17,361 bases of DNA. Source: Candidatus Hadarchaeales archaeon (GTDB lineage: Archaea > Hadarchaeota > Hadarchaeia > Hadarchaeales > Hadarchaeaceae). This document shows, piece after piece, positions 8,075 through 17,359 of the stretch (its first letter is position 1; the number at the start of each line of letters is the position of its first letter). The notes below the pieces were generated by a model that was given only the letters and a program-made list of their open reading frames with translations, made no database searches and was not told the DNA's origin. Both the position numbers and the translations under genes were made by a program. The stretch is from the NCBI GenBank assembly GCA_038851565.1, contig JAWCKV010000019.1, forward strand, positions 1-17,361. The letters run 5' to 3'.

Positions 8075-8740
8075 ATGGCCACACCGCCTGAGGAGGTCCA
8101 GATAGGCAAGAGGGAGAGGCTGAAGTTATTCGTCAAAAAGAGATGGAGGCACCTGATGTTCATCGGGGCATGCATCGCAGTTGCCGTTTTCCTCATCTGG
8201 CTCATGCTCAGGCCGCCCGAGCCGCAACCCGCCTGGGTCTCCGGACCCATATTCAACGCGCCGAGCGAGAACGGGCTTATCGCGGCGATCGGGGAGAACA
8301 CGGGGATAGAGAACATATATATAGGGAGGTGGGGGGCCTACGGTCCGGCATACAACCCCAGGGAGGACATGGGAAAGCAGGGCGGGGCTATCGAGGCCGT
8401 CATAAGCGAGAGCGGGCAGTGCGTGAGGGTGGAGGCCGGTCGCAGGTTCGACATAGTGGTGGCCGTGAGGGTGAAGACCCCTGAGATAGCGTACGTGGCG
8501 AGGGAGAACATGTGGGTGAGCGTGGTGGCAACGAGCGATGGATTCACAATAGGTCCGGAGAACTCCACCGACCGGAAGGAGTACGTATTTGAGCAGTCGG
8601 GCTACGGGACCACACAGGGATACATGCGCGTGAACGTGGTTTGGGACAACAGCGGAAACGGGTACAAACTCATGCCCCATGAAAACCTGCGCATAACGTG
8701 GCTCGTACTTTCCACGTGGAAGTATCCTGGGCTGCCCTGA
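8075..8740 (+). CDS. Membrane-anchored exported protein, paralogue of 8824-9636
   Basis: Basic N-terminus, TM helix LMFIGACIAVAVFLIWLML and a Pro-rich linker, then a beta-rich domain with colinear blocks shared with the 8824-9636 product. It starts 3 nt after the upstream stop. Confidence 0.82.
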   Translation: MATPPEEVQIGKRERLKLFVKKRWRHLMFIGACIAVAVFLIWLMLRPPEPQPAWVSGPIFNAPSENGLIAAIGENTGIENIYIGRWGAYGPAYNPREDMGKQGGAIEAVISESGQCVRVEAGRRFDIVVAVRVKTPEIAYVARENMWVSVVATSDGFTIGPENSTDRKEYVFEQSGYGTTQGYMRVNVVWDNSGNGYKLMPHENLRITWLVLSTWKYPGLP

Positions 8741-8783
8741 AAACAACATGGGGACCGCTGATCCAAGCGCTTTCATCAATGAC

Positions 8784-8811
8784 AAAAAATAGAAAATAAA
8801 AAATAAAAAAA
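8784..8811 (-). terminator. Oligo-T terminator for the 8824-9636 gene
   Basis: Four consecutive T-tracts on the minus strand starting about 12 nt after the stop codon (plus strand aaaaaatagaaaataaaaaataaaaaaa). Confidence 0.7.
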
Positions 8812-8823
8812 TGCGCTGCCGGA

Positions 8824-9636
8824 TCAGCTCCAGATGTACAGCGCTATGTTATCCAGGTTAAGGGTACCGCCGGCCGGAAGCACGAATCCCTGTCCGTTGT
8901 AGTTGAACACGCAGTTGACCCTCGCGTATCCAGTAGCATACGCTCCATTCGTTGTCCACGGCACGTTGTTATCAAAAGCGTACTCATATCCGGTGTTCTG
9001 CGTGTTTTCTGTTCCAGACAAGGCTCCGCTGTAGCTGAGATATCCATACATGTTGTCCTGGTTCACGTATGCCACGAGCTTCGCGGTCTGCTTGTTTCCT
9101 GTGTAGCTTGCGTCGGCCTCAACCCTGCAGGCCATGACTATGGTGAACGGATACTCGTACGGAATCGTTGCACTATCCCCGGTGCCGGTTATTACTGCGT
9201 CCGTGGCTCCGTTCAAGAGCTTGGTGGAGTTGTTCTCCATGGAGATGTGCACACCGAAGTTGGTTGAATTCGGCACGTCGTTGTCGCAGATGAGCACGTT
9301 TTCTATCCCGCTGTTCTCTGGCACGCCGCCTGTGAAACCGATTAGAAACTGTCCGTCTGCCGTCAGGAGCTGTCCGGAAATCAGGGAGACCGTTCCCTGC
9401 CCGGTGACCGCAGGCGGTAAGGATAGAGCCCATCCTGCGATCCCGGCGACGATCACTATCGCAACTGCCGCGGTAACCCATTTCCACTGCGCCATTCTTC
9501 TTTCCACCTCCATTTTTTTTATTGGTGCCCTCGCCAGGGGTCCGGGAATAAAATCAAGTCTCCCCTTGCAACGCGGGCATTCCTTCGGGTGTTGCACCCT
9601 CGGATTCCACTCATATCCACAGCGGGGGCACCTCAT
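8824..9636 (-). CDS. Exported beta-rich protein with an N-terminal C4 Zn-ribbon and a TM/signal segment; candidate structural surface subunit
   Basis: CPRC-x13-CPRC at the N-terminus; hydrophobic VTAAVAIVIVAGIAGWAL; N/G/T/Y-rich domain. A second in-frame ATG at 9495 has its own GGAGGTG RBS. Confidence 0.85.
   Translation of the reverse strand: MRCPRCGYEWNPRVQHPKECPRCKGRLDFIPGPLARAPIKKMEVERRMAQWKWVTAAVAIVIVAGIAGWALSLPPAVTGQGTVSLISGQLLTADGQFLIGFTGGVPENSGIENVLICDNDVPNSTNFGVHISMENNSTKLLNGATDAVITGTGDSATIPYEYPFTIVMACRVEADASYTGNKQTAKLVAYVNQDNMYGYLSYSGALSGTENTQNTGYEYAFDNNVPWTTNGAYATGYARVNCVFNYNGQGFVLPAGGTLNLDNIALYIWS
9504..9511 (-). promoter_or_regulatory. Internal Shine-Dalgarno sequence before in-frame ATG 9495
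   Basis: GGAGGTGG on the minus strand, preceded by an A-run and followed 8 nt later by ATG (MAQWKW...). Confidence 0.6.
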
Positions 9637-9661
9637 ACAATATAATTTACACCGATCTGCC

Positions 9662-9680
9662 TATTTAAGGGTTGTTTTTT
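9662..9680 (-). promoter_or_regulatory. BRE/TATA promoter for the 9636 gene (likely leaderless transcript)
   Basis: Minus strand AAAAAACAACCC-TTAAATA, ending about 25 nt upstream of ATG 9636. Confidence 0.6.
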
Positions 9681-10034
9681 GCTACTATGATGATCTCCCT
9701 CCATCTCCTATGATAGTAATAGTTCGGGTTCTTTTGAAAATATTAAAAATCCCGGATAAAACCGATTACAACGCAGGTCCCGCCTTTACAGTTAATCCCC
9801 AATTTATCCCGTGTTTACCGCCAATTTCAGCGGTCCAGATTTACAAACCACAAACCGTGTTTTTTCTGGGATATATTATGATGATATGATAATATCGGGG
9901 CATCCCATCTTTGAAGGCAATTCGCACCTGTCGAAAGAGGCGGCAAAACGAACGTGCCCAAATTCATATATTTTTTTATGCCCAACGATGATACAATGAC
10001 CTCAGGCACCCGACACAAACCCTTCCAGCAATAC

Positions 10035-10065
10035 TATTAAATCTCCTGCCGCAAATTAAGAGGAG
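10035..10065 (+). promoter_or_regulatory. TATA-like box and RBS of leuC
   Basis: TATTAAAT at 10035-10042 and AGGAG at 10061-10065 before ATG 10072. Confidence 0.5.
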
Positions 10066-10071
10066 ACCAAC

Positions 10072-11322
10072 ATGCCGATGACAATAGCCGAAAAAATACT
10101 GGCGAGGGCCTCTGGAAAAGAGGTCTCTGCGGGGGAGATTGTGGAGGCCTACGTGGATTACTGCATGGCGCACGACCTCACCGCACCTCTTGCAATAGAG
10201 GTCCTCCACGAGATGGGCGTTGAGAGGGTCTGGGATCCTTCTAAGGTGGTCATCGTCCTTGACCACCAGGCCCCGCCTACGACAATAGACATGGCAAGGG
10301 ACCACGCCGCCCTGAGGAAGTTCGTTAAGGAGAACAAGATACCCCACTTCTACGACCACAAAGGAGTTTGCCATCAGATAATGCCGGAGGGTGGCTTCGC
10401 CCTCCCGGGAACGCTTGTGGTGGGGGCAGACTCACATACCTGCACATACGGGGCCCTAGGATGCTTCGCCACCGGTGTGGGTTCTACAGACATGGCGGCC
10501 GTATTCGCTACCGGAAGGCTTTGGTTCAGAGTACCGGAAAGCATGCTGATAAATCTGAGGGGGAAATTCAGGAGGCTGGTCTCGGCAAAGGACCTCATCC
10601 TGAAGATAATAGGGGATGTTGGCGCCGACGGGGCGACCTATATGTCCGTTGAGTTCACGGGAGAGGGGCTCAGAAACATAAGCGTTTCCGGAAGAATGAC
10701 CATTTGTAACATGGGCGTGGAGATGGGGGCCAAGGTTGCGATGGTTCCTCCCGATGAGCTCACAAGGGAATACTTATCCGGAAGGGCCTCCCGGCCATAT
10801 GTTGAGGTATTCAGCGACCCTGATGCGGAATACCGCGAGAGGCTGGAGTACGATCTAAATGAAATAGAGCCACAGGTGGCCTGCCCTCACAGGGTGGACA
10901 ACGTGAAACCCGTAAGGGAGGTACAGGACGTAGAGGTGGATCAGGCCTTCATAGGGAGCTGCACAAATGGGAGACTCGAGGACCTCGTCCAGGCGGCGGA
11001 AATAGTGAGGGGGAAGAAGGTGGCGAGAGGCGTGAGGTTCATAGTTTCGCCTGCATCAACCGAGACGATGCTGCAGGCGCTGCGGGAGGGAATCATCCAG
11101 ATGCTCGCGGAGGCCGGGGCAATAATAGTGCCGCCCTCGTGTGCGGCATGCATGGGCTGCCACGTTGGGGTAATAGGGCCAGGCGAGGTCTCCATATCCT
11201 CGTCGAACAGGAACTTCAAGGGCAGGCAGGGGAGTCCAGAGGCTGAGGTTTACCTCGCCTCACCGGCGACCGTCGCGGCCTCCGCTGTGACGGGAAGGAT
11301 AACCGATCCGAGGGACCTCTAA
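10072..11322 (+). CDS. leuC: 3-isopropylmalate dehydratase large subunit (archaeal LeuC/HacA family)
   Basis: MTIAEKILA, DH, GVCHQ, GADSHTCTYGA, FIGSCTNGR, CAACMG, SNRNFKGRQG and YLASP motifs; three [4Fe-4S] cysteines present. Confidence 0.93.
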   Translation: MPMTIAEKILARASGKEVSAGEIVEAYVDYCMAHDLTAPLAIEVLHEMGVERVWDPSKVVIVLDHQAPPTTIDMARDHAALRKFVKENKIPHFYDHKGVCHQIMPEGGFALPGTLVVGADSHTCTYGALGCFATGVGSTDMAAVFATGRLWFRVPESMLINLRGKFRRLVSAKDLILKIIGDVGADGATYMSVEFTGEGLRNISVSGRMTICNMGVEMGAKVAMVPPDELTREYLSGRASRPYVEVFSDPDAEYRERLEYDLNEIEPQVACPHRVDNVKPVREVQDVEVDQAFIGSCTNGRLEDLVQAAEIVRGKKVARGVRFIVSPASTETMLQALREGIIQMLAEAGAIIVPPSCAACMGCHVGVIGPGEVSISSSNRNFKGRQGSPEAEVYLASPATVAASAVTGRITDPRDL

Positions 11323-11813
11323 TGGCCAGGGCGTGGGTCTTTGGAGACGACATAAGCACGGACGACATAATAGCCGGAAGGTATCTGGTCAAGCACGATC
11401 CCAGGGAGCTGGGAGTCCACGCGATGGAGAACATAGATCCGGAGTTCTCGAAGAAAGTCAGGGACGGGGATGTGATAGTGGCTGGAAAGAACTTCGGGTG
11501 CGGCTCCAGCAGGGAGCAGGCCCCCATAACCCTCAAGGCCGCAGGGATCTCCGCGGTGGTCGCGGAATCGTTTGCCAGAATATTCTACAGGAACGCGATC
11601 AACCAGGGGCTTCCGGTGCTCGTGTGCAGGGGGATCGCGGGAGAATTCAAGAACGGCGACGAGGTCAGGGTGGACCTCAGGGGCGGAACCGTGGAGAACC
11701 TCACAACCGGGAAGAAGTTCACATTTGAGCCTTTTCCGGATTTCATGATGGAGATCCTCCGGGCGGGCGGACTGGTCCCGTACATGAGGAGGAAGGGCGC
11801 CCTGAGCCGCTGA
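11322..11813 (+). CDS. leuD: 3-isopropylmalate dehydratase small subunit
   Basis: GDDISTDDII, GKNFGCGSSREQAP and SFARIFYRNAIN motifs; TAATG overlap with leuC. The specificity loop YLVK resembles the IPM-isomerase type (YLVY) more than the homoaconitase type (YLRT). Confidence 0.92.
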   Translation: MARAWVFGDDISTDDIIAGRYLVKHDPRELGVHAMENIDPEFSKKVRDGDVIVAGKNFGCGSSREQAPITLKAAGISAVVAESFARIFYRNAINQGLPVLVCRGIAGEFKNGDEVRVDLRGGTVENLTTGKKFTFEPFPDFMMEILRAGGLVPYMRRKGALSR

Positions 11814-11867
11814 TGCCCCCCCAGGACCCCATAAATATAGCTGGTGCAGATAGTAGGTTGGGTCTGC

Positions 11868-12947
11868 ATGAGGGTCACGCTCATCCCGGGAGACGGCGTG
11901 GGGCCGGAGGTAATAGATGCGGCCAGGAGGTGCATTGAGGCCACAGGAGCCAGGATCGAGTGGGATGTTGTGGAGGCCGGTGCGGATGTCATGGAAAAAT
12001 ACGGCACCCCCCTCCCCGACCACGTCCTGGACTCCATAAGAAGGAACGGGGTGGCGCTGAAGGGTCCGATAACCACCCCAGTTGGCGAGGGATTCAGGAG
12101 CGTGAACGTGGCGATAAGGAAGGCCCTTGACCTCTATGCCTGCGTCCGTCCATGCAAGTGGTACAGGGGGGTCAGATCTCCCTACGAGGGGATAGACATC
12201 GTTGTAATCAGGGAGAACACGGAGGATCTATATGCGGGCGTGGAGTTCGCGGAAGGCGAGAGGGAGACCGAGGAGCTGATAAAATTCGTTTCAGAGAGGG
12301 GAAGGGGGAGGATAAGGGAGGGCTCAGGAATAAGCCTGAAGGCGATCTCGCGCTTTGGCTCCGAGAGAATAGTCAGGTTCGCATTCAGATATGCCAGGAA
12401 AAACGGAAGAAGGAAGGTGACCGCGGTTCACAAGGCCAACATAATGAAGCACTCCGACGGGCTGTTTCTTGAAGCCGCACGCAGGGTGGCGCAGGAGTTC
12501 CCGGACGTGGGGTTCGAGGACAGGATAGTGGACAACATGTGCATGCAGCTCGTTCAGAAGCCCCAGCTCTACGACGTGATAGTGGCCCCCAACCTTTACG
12601 GCGACATCCTCTCAGACCTCTGCGCGGGACTCGTGGGGGGACTTGGAGTGGCTCCGGGCGCCAACATCGGGGACGAGTTCGCCGTGTTCGAGCCCACGCA
12701 CGGCAGCGCGCCGAAGTACGCGGGCAAGAACAAGGTCAATCCCACGGCCGCCATCCTCTCAGGCGCGATGATGCTGAACCATGTGGGGGAAACCGAAAGG
12801 GCGAGGGCGCTCGAGAATGCGGTGGCAAATGTCATCGCAGACGGAAAATACGTGACCTATGACCTGAAGGAAAACCCGGACGACCCCTCCGCGGTTGGGA
12901 CCAGGGAAATGGCGGATGCAGTTATTAGATGTCTCAAGGAAATGTGA
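11868..12947 (+). CDS. Isocitrate/homoisocitrate dehydrogenase-family enzyme
   Basis: [21 protein letters not shown] (Ser/Asn typical of isocitrate-binding members), [24 protein letters not shown] and [12 protein letters not shown] 11868 is preferred over GTG 11844. Confidence 0.88.
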   Translation: MRVTLIPGDGVGPEVIDAARRCIEATGARIEWDVVEAGADVMEKYGTPLPDHVLDSIRRNGVALKGPITTPVGEGFRSVNVAIRKALDLYACVRPCKWYRGVRSPYEGIDIVVIRENTEDLYAGVEFAEGERETEELIKFVSERGRGRIREGSGISLKAISRFGSERIVRFAFRYARKNGRRKVTAVHKANIMKHSDGLFLEAARRVAQEFPDVGFEDRIVDNMCMQLVQKPQLYDVIVAPNLYGDILSDLCAGLVGGLGVAPGANIGDEFAVFEPTHGSAPKYAGKNKVNPTAAILSGAMMLNHVGETERARALENAVANVIADGKYVTYDLKENPDDPSAVGTREMADAVIRCLKEM

Positions 12948-12986
12948 GAACATCAAAATCGGCGCGCCACAAAATCCATCATGCAC

Positions 12987-12997
12987 AAAACTTTAAG
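12987..12997 (+). promoter_or_regulatory. Putative BRE/TATA for the 13029 gene
   Basis: AAAACTTTAAG about 31 nt upstream of ATG 13029. Confidence 0.45.
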
Positions 12998-13028
12998 CCC
13001 ATCAGGGGGATAGGCGAACGGTAACTCC

Positions 13029-14162
<1,134 letters not shown>

Positions 14163-14166
14163 TGTT

Positions 14167-14730
14167 ACGAGGCTGGCGGTGGCGATAACCGGCTCAAGCG
14201 GCGTGATATACGGGATAAGGTTCCTCAGGGCATGCGCTGACCTTGGAATCGAGACACATCTCGTGGTCTCAAGGGCGGCTGAGACCATATTGAAACTTGA
14301 GGCCGGGATGGGCGCGGATGATGTCAGGAAGCTCGCCACAAGGTCGTACGATCCGGATGATCTCACCGCACCACTGTCCAGCGGCTCATTCCCCATGGAT
14401 GCTATGGTCATCATTCCATGCAGCATGAAAACGATGGGGGCAATAGCAAACGGGATAACCTCCGACCTGATATCCCGGGCAGCTGACGTGGCGCTGAAGA
14501 GCGGCAGGCCGCTCTTGCTCGTTCCAAGGGAAACGCCGCTGAACCTGATTCACATGGAGAACATGCTTAAGCTGAAGCGCGCCGGAGCAACCGTCCTCCC
14601 CGCCTCACCGGCATTTTACCACGGACCCAGGACCATAGAGGACCTCGTGGATTACATCGTGGGCAGGGCACTCGAACTCCTCGGAGTTCAGCACAACCTC
14701 TACAGGAAGTGGGGCGGAAGTGAACCCTAG
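14167..14730 (+). CDS. ubiX: Flavin prenyltransferase UbiX
   Basis: RLAVAITGSSG, APLSSGS, PCSMKT, LISRAADVALK, PRETPL and PAFY motifs. The start is uncertain: ACG 14167 is inferred, while GTG 14179 would truncate the first beta strand. Confidence 0.92.
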   Translation, partial: TRLAVAITGSSGVIYGIRFLRACADLGIETHLVVSRAAETILKLEAGMGADDVRKLATRSYDPDDLTAPLSSGSFPMDAMVIIPCSMKTMGAIANGITSDLISRAADVALKSGRPLLLVPRETPLNLIHMENMLKLKRAGATVLPASPAFYHGPRTIEDLVDYIVGRALELLGVQHNLYRKWGGSEP

Positions 14731-14765
14731 AGGATGATGGTACGAGAATCCCGATAAGAAGATAT

Positions 14766-15908
14766 GTGTGCAGGAGCTGCGGTTACTCCGATCACAGGAT
14801 GTCGGAAAGGGCAGAGGGGGAGCTGGTGCCGGGGGAGTGCCCGAGATGCGGGAGGGGAATGGAAGTCGGATCGCCGGAGATGCCGCCGTGGCTGTCCGAC
14901 GTCCTTGACAAGATCTGCAGCGAGTTTGATGTCTTGGACTTCATCTCGAGGGAAAACGGAGTCGAGGCGGAGGTGCGCTCCGGCAACACCAAGAGGGCAT
15001 TTGGAAGGCTGGCCGAAAGGCTGAGGCCATCCGGATACGTACCCGTTATACGCGAAAGAAACGGCGCGCTGAGGCTGGTGGTGCTCAAGTACCCCAGACC
15101 GGGTCCGAGCAACCCAGCCGTAAATGTCCTGCTCCTCTCCCTCACGTGCATGAGCACGTTTCTCGCGGGATACTTCATGATATTCGGCTCAATCGGCGAC
15201 GCCGCGCTCTTCTCTGCCTCCCTCCTGGCGATGCTGGGGATACACGAGCTCGGCCACAAGCTCGCCGCGAGGAGGAACCGAGTCGAATCCACGCTCCCCT
15301 ACTTCATACCCGCCCCCAACCTCCTCGGCACAATGGGGGCGATAATAAGCGTGAGGAGCCCGATCCCCAACAGGGAGTCCCTGATAGAGATGGGAGTCGC
15401 GGGTCCCCTCGCGGGCTTTGCGGCCGCGGTCCCCGTGATGGCAATGGGGCTCTGGATATCCGCGCCTGATCCTCAGGGCACCTCATTTGTCTTCGTTCCG
15501 GTGATATTCGCCCTCGGAGAGCTCCTGGTGTTCGGACACTTGCCCCCCTCTCTCAGGCTCAATCCCCTGATATTCTCCTCATGGGTGATGTTCCTCCTGA
15601 CCATGCTGAACCTCGTTCCGGCCGGACAGCTTGACGGCGGACACGTGGCGAGGGGGCTCATGAAGAGGGAAACCCATTACTCCCTGACAATGGGCATGGG
15701 GCTCGGGCTCTTAGTCTCCGGGATGCTGTGGCCCGAGATGCCGTTCTGGTTCTGGGGGCTGCTGATCCTCCTCTTCTTCAGGACCTATCACCCGGGGGCG
15801 CTCGACGACATATCCGGAGTCTCAAGGAAGCACGTGCTGCTCGGGCTGGTCGCCATGGCTGTTTTTGCGCTGTGCCTCCCGCTGCCAGCCGGATCCCCAC
15901 AAGCCTAA
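14766..15908 (+). CDS. Site-2 (M50) intramembrane metalloprotease with N-terminal Zn-ribbon
   Basis: HELGH, AGPLAG and NLVPAGQLDGGH motifs; multiple TM helices; N-terminal CRSC...CPRC. The start may lie a few codons further upstream. Confidence 0.9.
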   Translation: MCRSCGYSDHRMSERAEGELVPGECPRCGRGMEVGSPEMPPWLSDVLDKICSEFDVLDFISRENGVEAEVRSGNTKRAFGRLAERLRPSGYVPVIRERNGALRLVVLKYPRPGPSNPAVNVLLLSLTCMSTFLAGYFMIFGSIGDAALFSASLLAMLGIHELGHKLAARRNRVESTLPYFIPAPNLLGTMGAIISVRSPIPNRESLIEMGVAGPLAGFAAAVPVMAMGLWISAPDPQGTSFVFVPVIFALGELLVFGHLPPSLRLNPLIFSSWVMFLLTMLNLVPAGQLDGGHVARGLMKRETHYSLTMGMGLGLLVSGMLWPEMPFWFWGLLILLFFRTYHPGALDDISGVSRKHVLLGLVAMAVFALCLPLPAGSPQA

Positions 15909-15940
15909 ATATTCTCCGGGAGGATTTCAAGTGGATCGGC

Positions 15941-16537
15941 TTGCGGGGAAAGCTCATCGCGATCGAGGGGGCAGACGGCTGCGGCAAGTCCACGCATGCC
16001 AGGCTCCTCAGCAACTGGCTGCGCTCCAGGGGCTACAGGGTTCTTTTGACCAGCGAGCCAACTGACAGCGTTTTTGGCAGGGTCATCAGGGACGCCCTCA
16101 GGGGGAAACTCACCCTGCCCAGGGAGGCGGAGGCTGCCATCTTTGCAGCGGACAGGGCGCTTCACGTCTCCAGGGTGATAAAGCCTGCGATCAGATCAGG
16201 AACCATCGTGGTGAGCGAGAGGTACCTGCACTCGTCATTCGCCTACCAGCCAGCAAGGGGGGTATCCGAGGAGTGGGTACGAAGGCTGAACAGGTGCATG
16301 CCCAGGCCGGACCTGACGATAATACTGGACGTGCCGACGCGGGAGACCATGAGGAGGGTAAGGTCGAAGGGGCCGGACGTCTTCGAGCGCGACTCCGATT
16401 TTCAGAGGAGCGTGAGGGAGAACTACCTCAGGCTTGCCAGGGAGGAGGACCTGGTTGTGGTCGATACCTCAAGGCCGAAGGATGAGGTACAGAAGGAGAT
16501 ACGGTCAATAGTGTCCAAAAGGCTCCGCATCGGATAG
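15941..16537 (+). CDS. tmk: Thymidylate kinase
   Basis: LIAIEGADGCGKST, TSEPT, FAADRALH, SERYLHSSFAYQ and PDLTIILD motifs. TTG 15941 is the likely start; the track's longer ORF overlaps the M50 gene. Confidence 0.93.
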   Translation: MRGKLIAIEGADGCGKSTHARLLSNWLRSRGYRVLLTSEPTDSVFGRVIRDALRGKLTLPREAEAAIFAADRALHVSRVIKPAIRSGTIVVSERYLHSSFAYQPARGVSEEWVRRLNRCMPRPDLTIILDVPTRETMRRVRSKGPDVFERDSDFQRSVRENYLRLAREEDLVVVDTSRPKDEVQKEIRSIVSKRLRIG

Positions 16538-16540
16538 CAG

Positions 16541-17359
16541 CTACATGCTTATCTCGGCGGCCAGCGGCTGCGCCCTGAACACCCTCAGGGCGGCTGGCTC
16601 CACCTTGCTCCTGAGCTCGGGAAACGTGTACACCCTCACAACGTCCACGTACCCCTTCATCACGTTGACGAGCATTGAATGATCTGAAAGGCGTGAGGCC
16701 CTCCTCTTCCCCCCGGTAACCGTGAAGACCGGTATCTCCCTGGGATCGGCCTCCCGGGGATAGAGGGGCACGGAAGCCAGCGTGGGGACATCAACGAACA
16801 CGGCCTCGGGGGGGACGCCCGCCCGCCTCGCTATCTCCTCCTCCCTCTCCCGCCTGACTTCCTCCTCGGCCAGGAGCTTCGCCACGAAGGGATCGCTGGT
16901 GTGAACCGCCATCTGGTACACAGGCTTCAGCAGGCTCCTGCGCGCCAGCATGCCCACCATCCTCGCAGCCCTTTTCACGTCATCCCTGCGGTCCCTGTGA
17001 TCCTCAGGCCTCAGCCCCCTCAGCCCGCCCATTATGGCGGCGTCGTCCAGCAGTAGAAACTCATCGATATCCCTGAAAGTCGTGAGCCCTATGATGTCGT
17101 GGACGCTGTCCATCGCCCTGTGGAGCATTATCTCAGCTGCCCTCACCGCGTGGTGGTAGTAAACCGCGAGGAACATCTCGTAGCGGGCGATCATAAGGGC
17201 CTCGAGGGCATAGAGCGCCTTAAGGTCAACCGCTATCGATCCCCCGACGACCTCCATGGCCTGCACTATCCGGTTTATGTCAATCCTTCCGTACTCCACC
17301 CCGGTGAAGTAGGAGTCCCTGACGAGGAAATCCATCCTGTCCGAGTCGAACTGGCTGGA
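16541..17359 (-). CDS. HD-domain phosphohydrolase (dNTP triphosphohydrolase-like), C-terminal part; 5'-truncated
   Basis: The frame is open to the window edge and reads SSQFDSDRMDFLVRDSYFTGVEYG...ARYEMFLAVYYH, characteristic of YdhJ/SAMHD1-like HD proteins. Confidence 0.88.
   Translation of the reverse strand, partial: SSQFDSDRMDFLVRDSYFTGVEYGRIDINRIVQAMEVVGGSIAVDLKALYALEALMIARYEMFLAVYYHHAVRAAEIMLHRAMDSVHDIIGLTTFRDIDEFLLLDDAAIMGGLRGLRPEDHRDRRDDVKRAARMVGMLARRSLLKPVYQMAVHTSDPFVAKLLAEEEVRREREEEIARRAGVPPEAVFVDVPTLASVPLYPREADPREIPVFTVTGGKRRASRLSDHSMLVNVMKGYVDVVRVYTFPELRSKVEPAALRVFRAQPLAAEISM

Noticed and set aside
2..9636. Interpretation as a provirus, conjugative element or HerA-NurA/defence locus
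   Set aside because: No integrase, att repeats, capsid, relaxase, nuclease or Sir2 partner is visible, and coding composition resembles the housekeeping half. The unseen upstream region could change this.
4444..9636. Type IV pilin/archaellin identity for the exported proteins
   Set aside because: None has a convincing class III signal (K/R-G/A followed directly by a hydrophobic helix), and the adjacent peptidases are S26 rather than A24.
9134..9889. 251-aa plus-strand ORF
   Set aside because: It is antisense to a well-supported gene and runs into AT-rich intergenic DNA, with no recognisable features.
9637..10071. Possible replication origin or CRISPR leader/array in the AT-rich gap
   Set aside because: There are no recognisable ORB elements, no adjacent cdc6/orc1 gene and no regularly spaced repeats.
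15728..15940. 71-aa N-terminal extension of Tmk in the ORF track
   Set aside because: It overlaps the M50 gene in another frame. Tmk homology begins at TTG 15941, which has a TATA-like TAAATATT upstream.
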